Positions 20,239 to 27,713 of a stretch of DNA of 64,000 nt are shown here, piece by piece. The notes under the pieces are model-generated. The model had not been told where the DNA came from and searched no databases. It saw nothing but the letters and a program-made list of their open reading frames with translations. This DNA is from Alphaproteobacteria bacterium (GTDB taxonomy: Bacteria; Pseudomonadota; Alphaproteobacteria; SMXP01): positions 452,916 through 516,915 of the forward strand of contig OZ243948.1 of the NCBI GenBank assembly GCA_965214255.1. Reading direction: 5' to 3'. Made by a program: the position numbers and the translations under genes. The number at the start of each line of letters is the position of its first letter. Within the stretch, counting starts at the first letter, position 1.

Positions 20239-21012
20239 ATGAAATTCGTCAACAAGATGCCGGTCGCGTGTTTTCTGGTTTCCGTCCTGTCGACGGCCGC
20301 CTTTGCCATGTCCGAGTCGTTCACGCCTCCGGAAAAAGTTCTCGTAGCGGGATCGACCGGCGAAACCGGATTGGAAGTCGTCAAACTGTTGCGCGCGAGC
20401 GGCGCGGAGGTCGTGGGATTTGCCCGCGAAAGTTCCGACAAGGCGTCCCTGGAAGAGCTGGGGGTCGAAATCGCTGTCGGCGACGCTTTCGATAAATCGA
20501 GTATCGACGACGTATTGAGCGGCGGCGGTTACACGGCCGTCGTCAGCACGTTGGGCAGCGGGTTTCGCGACCGAAAGCGCGTCGATTTCGAAGGCAACAG
20601 GAACCTTATCGATTCCGCGAAAAACGCCGGCGTGGACCGCTTCGTTCTGGTCACCATGATCGGGATCGGCGACAGTTCTCAAGCGGTGCCGGACAACGTG
20701 AAGCGGATGTTCGGCGAGGTCATGGAACTTAAGACATTGGCTGAAGATTATCTGAAAGAAAGCGGATTAAGCTACACGATTTTACGTCCCGGCGGGCTGC
20801 TCTCGAAGCCCGCCACGGGCAACGGCATGCGCTCGCAAGACCCCATGACCATGGGCACCATCCATCGCGCCGACCTCGCTCGGCTGGTAGTCGATGCCCT
20901 GTCTGACGACGCCCAAATCGGCGAGACTTATTCCGTAGTCGATGCAAACATATTGGGCGTTCCGGATAACGAGTTCATTCGCACGGGGCGTCCCCCCGAG
21001 GAGCGGGAGTGA
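20239..21012 (+). CDS. NAD(P)-binding NmrA-like (atypical SDR) protein with N-terminal signal peptide
   Basis: Signal-like MKFVNKMPVACFLVSVLSTAAFA, then VLVAGSTGETGLEVV Rossmann motif; the stop overlaps the start region of the downstream R-M gene (TGA 21010–21012 / ATG 21014). Confidence 0.6.
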   Translation: MKFVNKMPVACFLVSVLSTAAFAMSESFTPPEKVLVAGSTGETGLEVVKLLRASGAEVVGFARESSDKASLEELGVEIAVGDAFDKSSIDDVLSGGGYTAVVSTLGSGFRDRKRVDFEGNRNLIDSAKNAGVDRFVLVTMIGIGDSSQAVPDNVKRMFGEVMELKTLAEDYLKESGLSYTILRPGGLLSKPATGNGMRSQDPMTMGTIHRADLARLVVDALSDDAQIGETYSVVDANILGVPDNEFIRTGRPPEERE

Positions 21013-21013
21013 T

Positions 21014-24000
21014 ATGACGGACGGACAGATCAGCCTCGACCTTGCGGGACGGCCGAGCGCCCGCGTCATCCTCGACCGCATCCGCTCCGAAAGCCGGGAC
21101 GAGTCCGAGAAGGGGCGCTGGTTCGAGCAATTGTTCATGCGGGTCGCGCTTCAACAGCCCGAGTTCGAGATCGACGGGCTGTGGCGCTGGCCCGACTGGC
21201 CCGAGCGCGAGGCGATGACCGGCCTCGATGGCCGCGACATCGGAATCGACCTCGTGGCGCGGCGGACTTCGGGAGAGTGGGTCGCGATCCAGTGCAAGTG
21301 CTACGACGACCGGCACACATTGGGTAAGGGCGAAATCGACAAGTTTCTCGGCGGCTCGCAGCAGCAGGTCTTCCGCCTGCGGTGGGTCGTGGCGACATGC
21401 CGCTGGGGACCGAATGCGGAACGGGCAATCCTGAACGCTTATCCGCAGGTCGCGCAGATCGACTTCCGCGAGTATCTCGACATCCAGGTCGAGGAGGAGA
21501 ACGCCAGCCGCCCGGTACAGGAACCCTGGCCGCTTCAGGCGGAGGCCATCGAAGACGCTGTCGCCGGACTTGGGCCCCACGACCGGGGCCGCCTCATCAT
21601 GGCCTGCGGCACGGGCAAAACTTTCACCGCCCTTCGCATCGCCGAGCAGGTCGTCGAAGACGGGCGGCGAATCCTTTTCGCGGCGCCGACCATCGCGCTG
21701 GTCTCCCAAGCGCGGCGCGAATGGCTGCGGCAGACGACGCGCAAGCTGGAGTGCATCGTCGTGTGCTCGGACCCGACCGCCGGCGGGCGCAACGAGAACG
21801 AAGACATCCGAGTGTCCGAGCTTGAGTGCCCGGTTACGACGAAACCGGCCGAGATCGCCCGCGCGCTCGACGGCGGCGGCCCGACCCGCGTCGTGTTCTG
21901 CACGTACCACTCGCTGGGCAGAGTCACCGAGGCGCAGGCGCTTCACGGCGCCCCGCAGTTCGATCTGGCCATCGCCGACGAGGCCCATCGGACGACCGGC
22001 GCGCTTCTCGGAGAGCGCGGACCCCGCGGCGCCAGGAAAGTGGACTTTCAGGAGTTCCATGACGACGCGCGGCTGCGCGCCCGCAAGCGCCTCTACATGA
22101 CCGCCACGCCGCGGCTCTACACCGAACGGTCCAAGAGCAAGCTCGCCGGACAGGGGATCAAGGTCGTCGACATGGGCGACTTAGGCGTCTACGGCCCCGA
22201 ACTCCACCGGCTGCCGTTCGCCAAAGCGGTGGACCACGGCATGCTCTCCGATTACCGGGTGATCGTTCTCGGCGTCAGCGAGGAAAGCGTGACGCCGGGA
22301 CTGCGCCGCCGGCTGGAAGGACTCGATCAATCGCAGACCCGTAAGCAGGCCCCGACCGTCAACGACATGACGCGCGTGCTCGGCGTCTCGCTCGCGGTCA
22401 ACGGCGTGACCGAAGGCAAGGCCCTGGAGCAGCCGGGCAAGCTGCCGCGCACCATGGCGTTCGCGAACAGCATTCTGCGCTCGAAGTGGTATGCCGATGC
22501 GCTCATGGAAAGCGAGGTTCTGAGGGCCACGACCCGGCGGATGAAGGACGGACGGGCGATGAAGGTCGTCGCCCGTCACCTCGATGCCTCGGCGAGCGCC
22601 CTGAAGCGCAACCGGGAACTGCGCGCGCTGGCCCATGCCGACCGTGACGAGGAATGCCGGGTGGTTTGCAACGTCAAGCTGTTCACCGAAGGGGTGGACG
22701 TGCCGCGGCTCGATGCCGTCGCGTTCCTCGACCCCCGCGACAGCCAGGTCGATGTGGTGCAGGCCGTCGGACGGGTCATGCGCAAGGCGCCGGGCAAACG
22801 TTTCGGCTACATCATCGTCCCTGTCGTCGTCGAACCGGGCCGCGACGTCGCCGCCGCGCTCGAGCACGGCAGCGAAGGCTACAGGACCGTCGGCCGGGTG
22901 CTGCGGGCGCTTCAGGCCCATGACGGACGCCTCGCGGAATCGCTGGCCAGCTTCGTCAAGGTCTACGAACAGAGCAAGGAGACGGCGCCGGGGTCGGTCG
23001 GCGGCTTGGCCGAGACCGGGAGCGAATCCATCCAGCCCGAACTCGACCTGAGGCAGGCCGAGCAGGGGATTTACGCCCATGTCGCCGCCGCTTCGGGGCT
23101 GGGCAAGCCCGGCCGCCTCGTCGCCGACGAGATCGCCGACGCCGTCCGCCGCGCCAGCGCCGTGCTCGCGCAAGAAGAATTGGAAGACCCTCTCGCGTCG
23201 GCCCTCGACCTCGTGCCGGAGGACGACGGCGGGGCGAAGGGCGTTTGCACCGTCGCCGCGCTCATGCTCTGCAACGCCTGCCTGCTCCAGCGCCGCCTGC
23301 GCGACGAGCCGGAAATGAAGATGATCGTGCGGCTCGACAAGGTCGCGGGCGCGGGCAACCCGAGAGAGGTTCTCAGGATCGCCTGGGAGTCGATCCTCGA
23401 AAAGGACTACGCGCCGGTGTTCAGGCCCGCTCTCGCGGTCCTCGCGGCTCTGCGCGACGCCAAGGCCGTCGACGACGCCGTCCGCGCCCTTGCCGAGTGC
23501 GCCAACCGCGTTGCCGATTCCTTGAGCGATCTCGGCTACGACCACGCGGGGCCGCTCTACCATCGCATTCTCGGCTCCGCCAAGAGCGACGGCGCGTTCT
23601 ACACCAACAACCTTTCGGCGGTCATGCTCGCGCGTCTGGCGCTCGGCGAGGACTTCGCCGACTGGTCGAACCGGGACGCGGTGGCGGGACTGCGGATCAT
23701 CGACCCCGCGTGCGGAACCGGGACGCTGCTGATGGCGGCGCTTCGAACCGTCAAGGCGCGCGTCGCCGCTGCCGGAGAGATGACCGCCGAGGACCGCAGC
23801 GTTCTGCACAAGCGGCTGGTGGAAGACGTGCTGTGCGGCCTCGACATCAACCGCCACGGCGTCCAACTCGCCGCCTGCAACATGACCCTCGGCGCCCCGA
23901 GCGTCGACTACGAACGCATGAACCTCGTCACCATGCCCCATGGACCGCAGAGAGACGGAGCGCCGAAGGCCGGCTCGCTGGAAATCCTCACCGCCGCCGA

Positions 24001-24727
24001 CGATGACCGGGACCTGCGCGCGTTGACGAGGCCGCCGCGCTCTCTCGACGGCCTCGACGCCGCCCAGGTCGATGACAGCGAAGACATCCGGTTCCCCCTG
24101 CACGACCTCGACGCCGTGATCATGAACCCGCCGTTCACAGCCAACGAGAACCGGAACAAGAAATACGGCGATGTTGGCCGTAAGGCCATGCAGCGTCATG
24201 AACTTGGAATACAGGAACATGTAGAGGGCAGGGACCCGACGGCGGGCGGCGTCATTACCGCGAACAGCATCCGGACCTTCTTCAGCCCCCTCGCGGACAT
24301 GCTTTTGGACGAGACGCGGGGAACCCTCGCCACGGTGATCCCGACCGCGGCCTGCACCGGGCCGAGCGGCGCGGCGGAACGCAGATTCCTCGCCCGACGC
24401 TTTCACGTCGAAACCGTGGTGACCAGCCACGACCCGCGGCGGCCGAACTTCAGCGAGAACACGAACATCCATGAATCGCTGCTCATATGCCGTCGGCGAA
24501 AAGCGGGCGATGGGGACGACCGACCGACCCGCTTCGTCGCCCTGCGCGCGATGCCCTCGACGCCGGAGGAGGCCGTCGAGGCCGTGAACGCCGTCCGTAA
24601 GGGCGCCGCCGGCAAGTGGACCGCCCCCCCCCAGCTGCGAGCAGCCCGCGGCGCGCATCGCGGAGGGAGACTGGCGCCCGTGCCAGTTTTTCGACGGGAA
24701 GCTCGTAACCGCCGCGATGCGGCTTGA
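21014..24727 (+). CDS. Type ISP-like single-polypeptide restriction-modification enzyme (Mrr_cat nuclease + SF2 helicase-like motor + gamma-class N6-adenine methyltransferase), N-terminal ~1237 aa; truncated by a frameshift at a C9 tract
   Basis: N-terminal PD-(D/E)xK Mrr_cat_2 motif …DIGIDLVARRTSGEWVAIQCKCY…; helicase motif I MACGTGKTF, motif II DLAIADEAHR, motif VI QAVGRVMR; methyltransferase motif I IIDPACGTGTLLMAA and motif IV VIMNPPF; ATG at 21014 with GGGAG RBS; the reading frame decays right after the C9 run (24624–24632). Confidence 0.8.
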   Translation: MTDGQISLDLAGRPSARVILDRIRSESRDESEKGRWFEQLFMRVALQQPEFEIDGLWRWPDWPEREAMTGLDGRDIGIDLVARRTSGEWVAIQCKCYDDRHTLGKGEIDKFLGGSQQQVFRLRWVVATCRWGPNAERAILNAYPQVAQIDFREYLDIQVEEENASRPVQEPWPLQAEAIEDAVAGLGPHDRGRLIMACGTGKTFTALRIAEQVVEDGRRILFAAPTIALVSQARREWLRQTTRKLECIVVCSDPTAGGRNENEDIRVSELECPVTTKPAEIARALDGGGPTRVVFCTYHSLGRVTEAQALHGAPQFDLAIADEAHRTTGALLGERGPRGARKVDFQEFHDDARLRARKRLYMTATPRLYTERSKSKLAGQGIKVVDMGDLGVYGPELHRLPFAKAVDHGMLSDYRVIVLGVSEESVTPGLRRRLEGLDQSQTRKQAPTVNDMTRVLGVSLAVNGVTEGKALEQPGKLPRTMAFANSILRSKWYADALMESEVLRATTRRMKDGRAMKVVARHLDASASALKRNRELRALAHADRDEECRVVCNVKLFTEGVDVPRLDAVAFLDPRDSQVDVVQAVGRVMRKAPGKRFGYIIVPVVVEPGRDVAAALEHGSEGYRTVGRVLRALQAHDGRLAESLASFVKVYEQSKETAPGSVGGLAETGSESIQPELDLRQAEQGIYAHVAAASGLGKPGRLVADEIADAVRRASAVLAQEELEDPLASALDLVPEDDGGAKGVCTVAALMLCNACLLQRRLRDEPEMKMIVRLDKVAGAGNPREVLRIAWESILEKDYAPVFRPALAVLAALRDAKAVDDAVRALAECANRVADSLSDLGYDHAGPLYHRILGSAKSDGAFYTNNLSAVMLARLALGEDFADWSNRDAVAGLRIIDPACGTGTLLMAALRTVKARVAAAGEMTAEDRSVLHKRLVEDVLCGLDINRHGVQLAACNMTLGAPSVDYERMNLVTMPHGPQRDGAPKAGSLEILTAADDDRDLRALTRPPRSLDGLDAAQVDDSEDIRFPLHDLDAVIMNPPFTANENRNKKYGDVGRKAMQRHELGIQEHVEGRDPTAGGVITANSIRTFFSPLADMLLDETRGTLATVIPTAACTGPSGAAERRFLARRFHVETVVTSHDPRRPNFSENTNIHESLLICRRRKAGDGDDRPTRFVALRAMPSTPEEAVEAVNAVRKGAAGKWTAPPQLRAARGAHRGGRLAPVPVFRREARNRRDAA
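24624..24632 (+). repeat. Homopolymeric C9 tract at the frameshift point inside the Type ISP-like R-M gene
   Basis: …GTGGACCGCCCCCCCCCAGCTGCGAGC…; C8 or C11 would give an uninterrupted ORF. Confidence 0.9.
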
Positions 24728-25409
24728 ACGGACGAAGGGGCTCGCGCCGCTCGGCGGGCAATATCGTCTCGGGCCCGCAGGGCAGCGTATTCGCGATGCC
24801 TTCCGTCCCGCCGCCGACGGCGGTTACCGCGTATTCTGGGGCCGCTCGAAGGACTTGCGGACGACCATGGAGGCCGCCCCGGAACGGAATGTCGCCGACA
24901 AGAAAGAAGCGCTCGCCGCGCGTTACCGGCAACAGGCGGGGCACCTGTTGTTGGCGGCGAAGTTCAACACGCAATCCGGTCGGCTGGTGGCGATTTTCAG
25001 CGCCGCGCCCGCTCTGGGCTCGATGTGGGTTCCCGTTCAGGCCCGCGCGATGAGCGTGGAAGAGGCGAAAGCGCTGTGCGCATGGTGCAACGGCACGCTC
25101 GGCATGCTCGGATTCCTCATGAGACGAGGATCAACGCTGATGAATCCGTCGTTCTCGCAGGCCGATCTGGCCACGCTGCCCGTGCCGGACTTCAAGACGG
25201 CGAGCGCCGCCGTCCTCGCCGCGGCCTACGAGGAGACGAAGCGCGCCCCGGTAAAGCCGTGGAAGAACGCCGCCGATGACGACATGCGCGACCGTCTCGA
25301 CAAGGCGGCGGCGCGGACGACGGGGATCGATATCGAAACGATCAGGGACTTGAGAGCGCGGATCGGCCGCGAGCCGACCGTCTCCAACGAACCCATCGCG
25401 TTCGATTAG
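24717..25409 (+). CDS. C-terminal (putative target-recognition) segment of the Type ISP-like R-M enzyme, in the +1 frame relative to the upstream part
   Basis: This frame is open from directly after the C9 tract (…PP|SCEQPAARIAEGDWRPCQFFDGKLVTAAMRLERTKGLAPL…) to 25409; deleting one C fuses it to the upstream ORF, giving a ~1465-aa protein, the size of LlaGI-type enzymes. Confidence 0.6.
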   Translation: MRLERTKGLAPLGGQYRLGPAGQRIRDAFRPAADGGYRVFWGRSKDLRTTMEAAPERNVADKKEALAARYRQQAGHLLLAAKFNTQSGRLVAIFSAAPALGSMWVPVQARAMSVEEAKALCAWCNGTLGMLGFLMRRGSTLMNPSFSQADLATLPVPDFKTASAAVLAAAYEETKRAPVKPWKNAADDDMRDRLDKAAARTTGIDIETIRDLRARIGREPTVSNEPIAFD

Positions 25410-25488
25410 CGTTCGGTTAGCCTTCGACCGCAGCCGGTCTCCGATGTGATATTATCGCGGTTTTTCATGACAATCGGAGAGAAAAGCC

Positions 25489-26385
25489 GTGACGGATATT
25501 CGAAAAGGCATCGACCGGCGTGCGGCGTTGATAGTGGCGGGCGCGGCCGCGGTCAGCGGGACGCCGTCGGCGGCCGCTGCTCGCGCCCTCGATTTGGAAG
25601 ACCCCGTCGATCTGTTGGAAGCCGTGGTCAAGGTCCGAAACGACATTTCGGGCGAACAGGCCATGACCTGGTCGGCCGGTTACGTGTGGAGCCGTATCGA
25701 CGGGCGCGAAAGCCAAATTCTTCTGAGAACCGAGGCGATCACGGTCACGCGCGCGTTGAAGCGCGATTGGGGATATGTCTGGATCAGCAAAGAGGCGCTC
25801 TATTTCGAAGATCCGGACACGGAAGACGTTATCGAATCGTGGCGCAATCCGTTCCTCGACCGCGACGTTCAAGTGTTTCAGTTGCGCAACGACACGGTGA
25901 ACTATGAATATCGTTATGACGCGCCGGGCGCGTGGGCGCCGCGCTATGTCGAGAATTCGGGAGACGTCTTGTTTTACAACGATCTCTTCTTTATGGCGCC
26001 GTCGCCCATGAGTCCCGCGGACTATCCTCGATATGTAGGGAGCGACTATTATCAGGGGGCCGGGATTTACAATTTCGCCGTCAAACGCGCGGACCTCGAC
26101 GACACTGCGGTAACGTCCGCGCCGAGCACGTCGTCGTGGACATCCGTGCGCCAATGGCTGCCGTGGATGGAAATGGGCAGTTGGGCGGGAGGATTGGTCG
26201 TCACCACCCGCGGCAAAAAGCTGCCGAACGGCGCCGCCGATCTGCCGCCCAAGTTCAGACGCTATCTCGAAACCAGCGACCCCGGGTTTTTGGAGGTCTC
26301 GTCCGAGCCCGTGCTCGGAAAGAACCGTTTCTTTTACGAACAGTTCAAAGATTACGTCGATGCGCGGGACAACGCGTCGAATTGA
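25489..26385 (+). CDS. Tat-signal secreted protein of unknown function (DUF)
   Basis: DRRAALIVAGAAAVSG twin-arginine signal; balanced composition, Trp/Tyr-rich (…YVWISKEALYFEDPDTEDVIESWRNPF…) compared with the Arg-rich antisense ORF. Confidence 0.5.
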   Translation: MTDIRKGIDRRAALIVAGAAAVSGTPSAAAARALDLEDPVDLLEAVVKVRNDISGEQAMTWSAGYVWSRIDGRESQILLRTEAITVTRALKRDWGYVWISKEALYFEDPDTEDVIESWRNPFLDRDVQVFQLRNDTVNYEYRYDAPGAWAPRYVENSGDVLFYNDLFFMAPSPMSPADYPRYVGSDYYQGAGIYNFAVKRADLDDTAVTSAPSTSSWTSVRQWLPWMEMGSWAGGLVVTTRGKKLPNGAADLPPKFRRYLETSDPGFLEVSSEPVLGKNRFFYEQFKDYVDARDNASN

Positions 26386-26438
26386 CGGTTCGTCGGCGCT
26401 CGCTTGAGCATAGAGACCTCGCCGGCGAAGGGTCCGTT

Positions 26439-27584
26439 TTATTCGGCGACGGCGCGGACGGTTTGGCCCGCGGGCATGAGGGGCACCGTATCGAATACCC
26501 AGTTGCCCGCTTCCCGCCGCCCCGGGCCGGGGACCGCCATGGCCGCGTCGCCTTGGCGCTCGCGCAAGGCTTTCATGTCTATGCGCCAGCCTCGGTTTTC
26601 CCAGTCCTTGAGGCATGAGCGATAGCGCACGACCGCGTTGTCGCTGGGCAGCAGCAGTTCCTTGACGTTCGTCTCGGGCGTGCGCACCGGATCGAGTTTT
26701 TCCAGAATGTTGATGTCTTCATGAACGACGTTGAGGGTGATTTTTTTGACCTGTTCGTCCATTTCGTCTTCGAGCAGCCAGTTGCGAACGTTCAAAAAGA
26801 ATATCCGCGTATGGCTTTCGTCGACCGGCTGTTCGAAGAAATATTGATGGAAGGCCGTATGCTCGCCGGTGTCGCCGCGGGTGAAGTGAATCCACGTGAC
26901 CAGTTGATTGGGCCCTTGATGCCAGGAGCCCGCCGCAGGTTCCGGCCGCCCGGTCCGCTTGCTGGCGAGCGCCGTGTCTTCGACCTCCTTGCCGCTGAAC
27001 GACATGAAGAATTTGCTGCCCCACGGTATCTCCGTTACCGGCGTTTTTTCGCGTTGCATCTCCGGCGACAATACCGGCGAGCCCTGCAAAGGGTGGACGA
27101 ATTCGTTGTGAATGGGATCGAGGCCGTTTTCGACGGAGCGTTCGAAGTAACAGTTCACGTCGACGATATAGAGTTCGCTCTTCCAGCCTTCCGTTTCGTA
27201 TTCCTCGACGTCGTAAATGGGCGGACGTTCCTCTTCGGGCAGATCGCCCAAAAACGCGAATACGATGCCGTATCGTTCCTCGGTCGGGTAGGCGTCGATT
27301 TTGGCGCGTGCCGGCGGCGCGTCGTCTCCCAGGGACGGGATCTTCCTGACTTTGCCGTCTCCGCCGTACCGCCAGCCGTGATAGGGGCACACCGCGCAGC
27401 CGTCCTTGATCCGGCCGCCGCTCAGGTTTCCGCCGCGGTGAACGCAGGTATTGCTGAGGACGCGGGCCGTGCCCGTTTCGTCGCGAAAGGCGACGAAGGG
27501 CAGGCCGAAAACCTGAGCGGTAAACGGTTTTTCGTCGGTAATTTCGTCGCTTTTGCCGATCGGATACCAGAAATTGATGTACAT
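26439..27584 (-). CDS. Rieske [2Fe-2S] non-heme-iron oxygenase, alpha-subunit-like (aromatic-ring-hydroxylating/KshA/CntA-type)
   Basis: CVHRGGNLSGGRIKDGCAVCPYHGWRY Rieske CxH…CxxH motif; downstream DPIHNEFVH mononuclear-iron His pair; 381 aa. Confidence 0.75.
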   Translation of the reverse strand: MYINFWYPIGKSDEITDEKPFTAQVFGLPFVAFRDETGTARVLSNTCVHRGGNLSGGRIKDGCAVCPYHGWRYGGDGKVRKIPSLGDDAPPARAKIDAYPTEERYGIVFAFLGDLPEEERPPIYDVEEYETEGWKSELYIVDVNCYFERSVENGLDPIHNEFVHPLQGSPVLSPEMQREKTPVTEIPWGSKFFMSFSGKEVEDTALASKRTGRPEPAAGSWHQGPNQLVTWIHFTRGDTGEHTAFHQYFFEQPVDESHTRIFFLNVRNWLLEDEMDEQVKKITLNVVHEDINILEKLDPVRTPETNVKELLLPSDNAVVRYRSCLKDWENRGWRIDMKALRERQGDAAMAVPGPGRREAGNWVFDTVPLMPAGQTVRAVAE

Positions 27585-27713
27585 GCGATCCTCCGCAGCC
27601 TCGATGTCGTTATGGCGTCGCTTTCATGTCTCGACTATACGCCCGCTCCGGCCGAATTTCACCGGGCGGAAATTCGTCCGCGGGCCGAGCGGACGGCTCC
27701 GGCGGAGAGGACC

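Noticed and set aside
20975-22060. 361-aa antisense ORF over the 5' part of the R-M gene
   Set aside because: Same reasoning: Arg/Ala-rich, no domain signature, and it overlaps a confidently called sense gene.
22181-24658. 825-aa ORF antisense to the Type ISP-like gene
   Set aside because: It lies entirely inside the high-GC R-M gene. Its composition is extreme (R/A/G/H-rich) with no motifs, whereas the sense strand carries ordered helicase and methyltransferase motifs. It is a typical high-GC antisense artefact.
25465-26616. 383-aa minus-strand ORF opposite the Tat-signal protein
   Set aside because: Arg/Pro/Gly-rich low-complexity translation. The plus-strand ORF has a credible Tat signal and balanced aromatic content.
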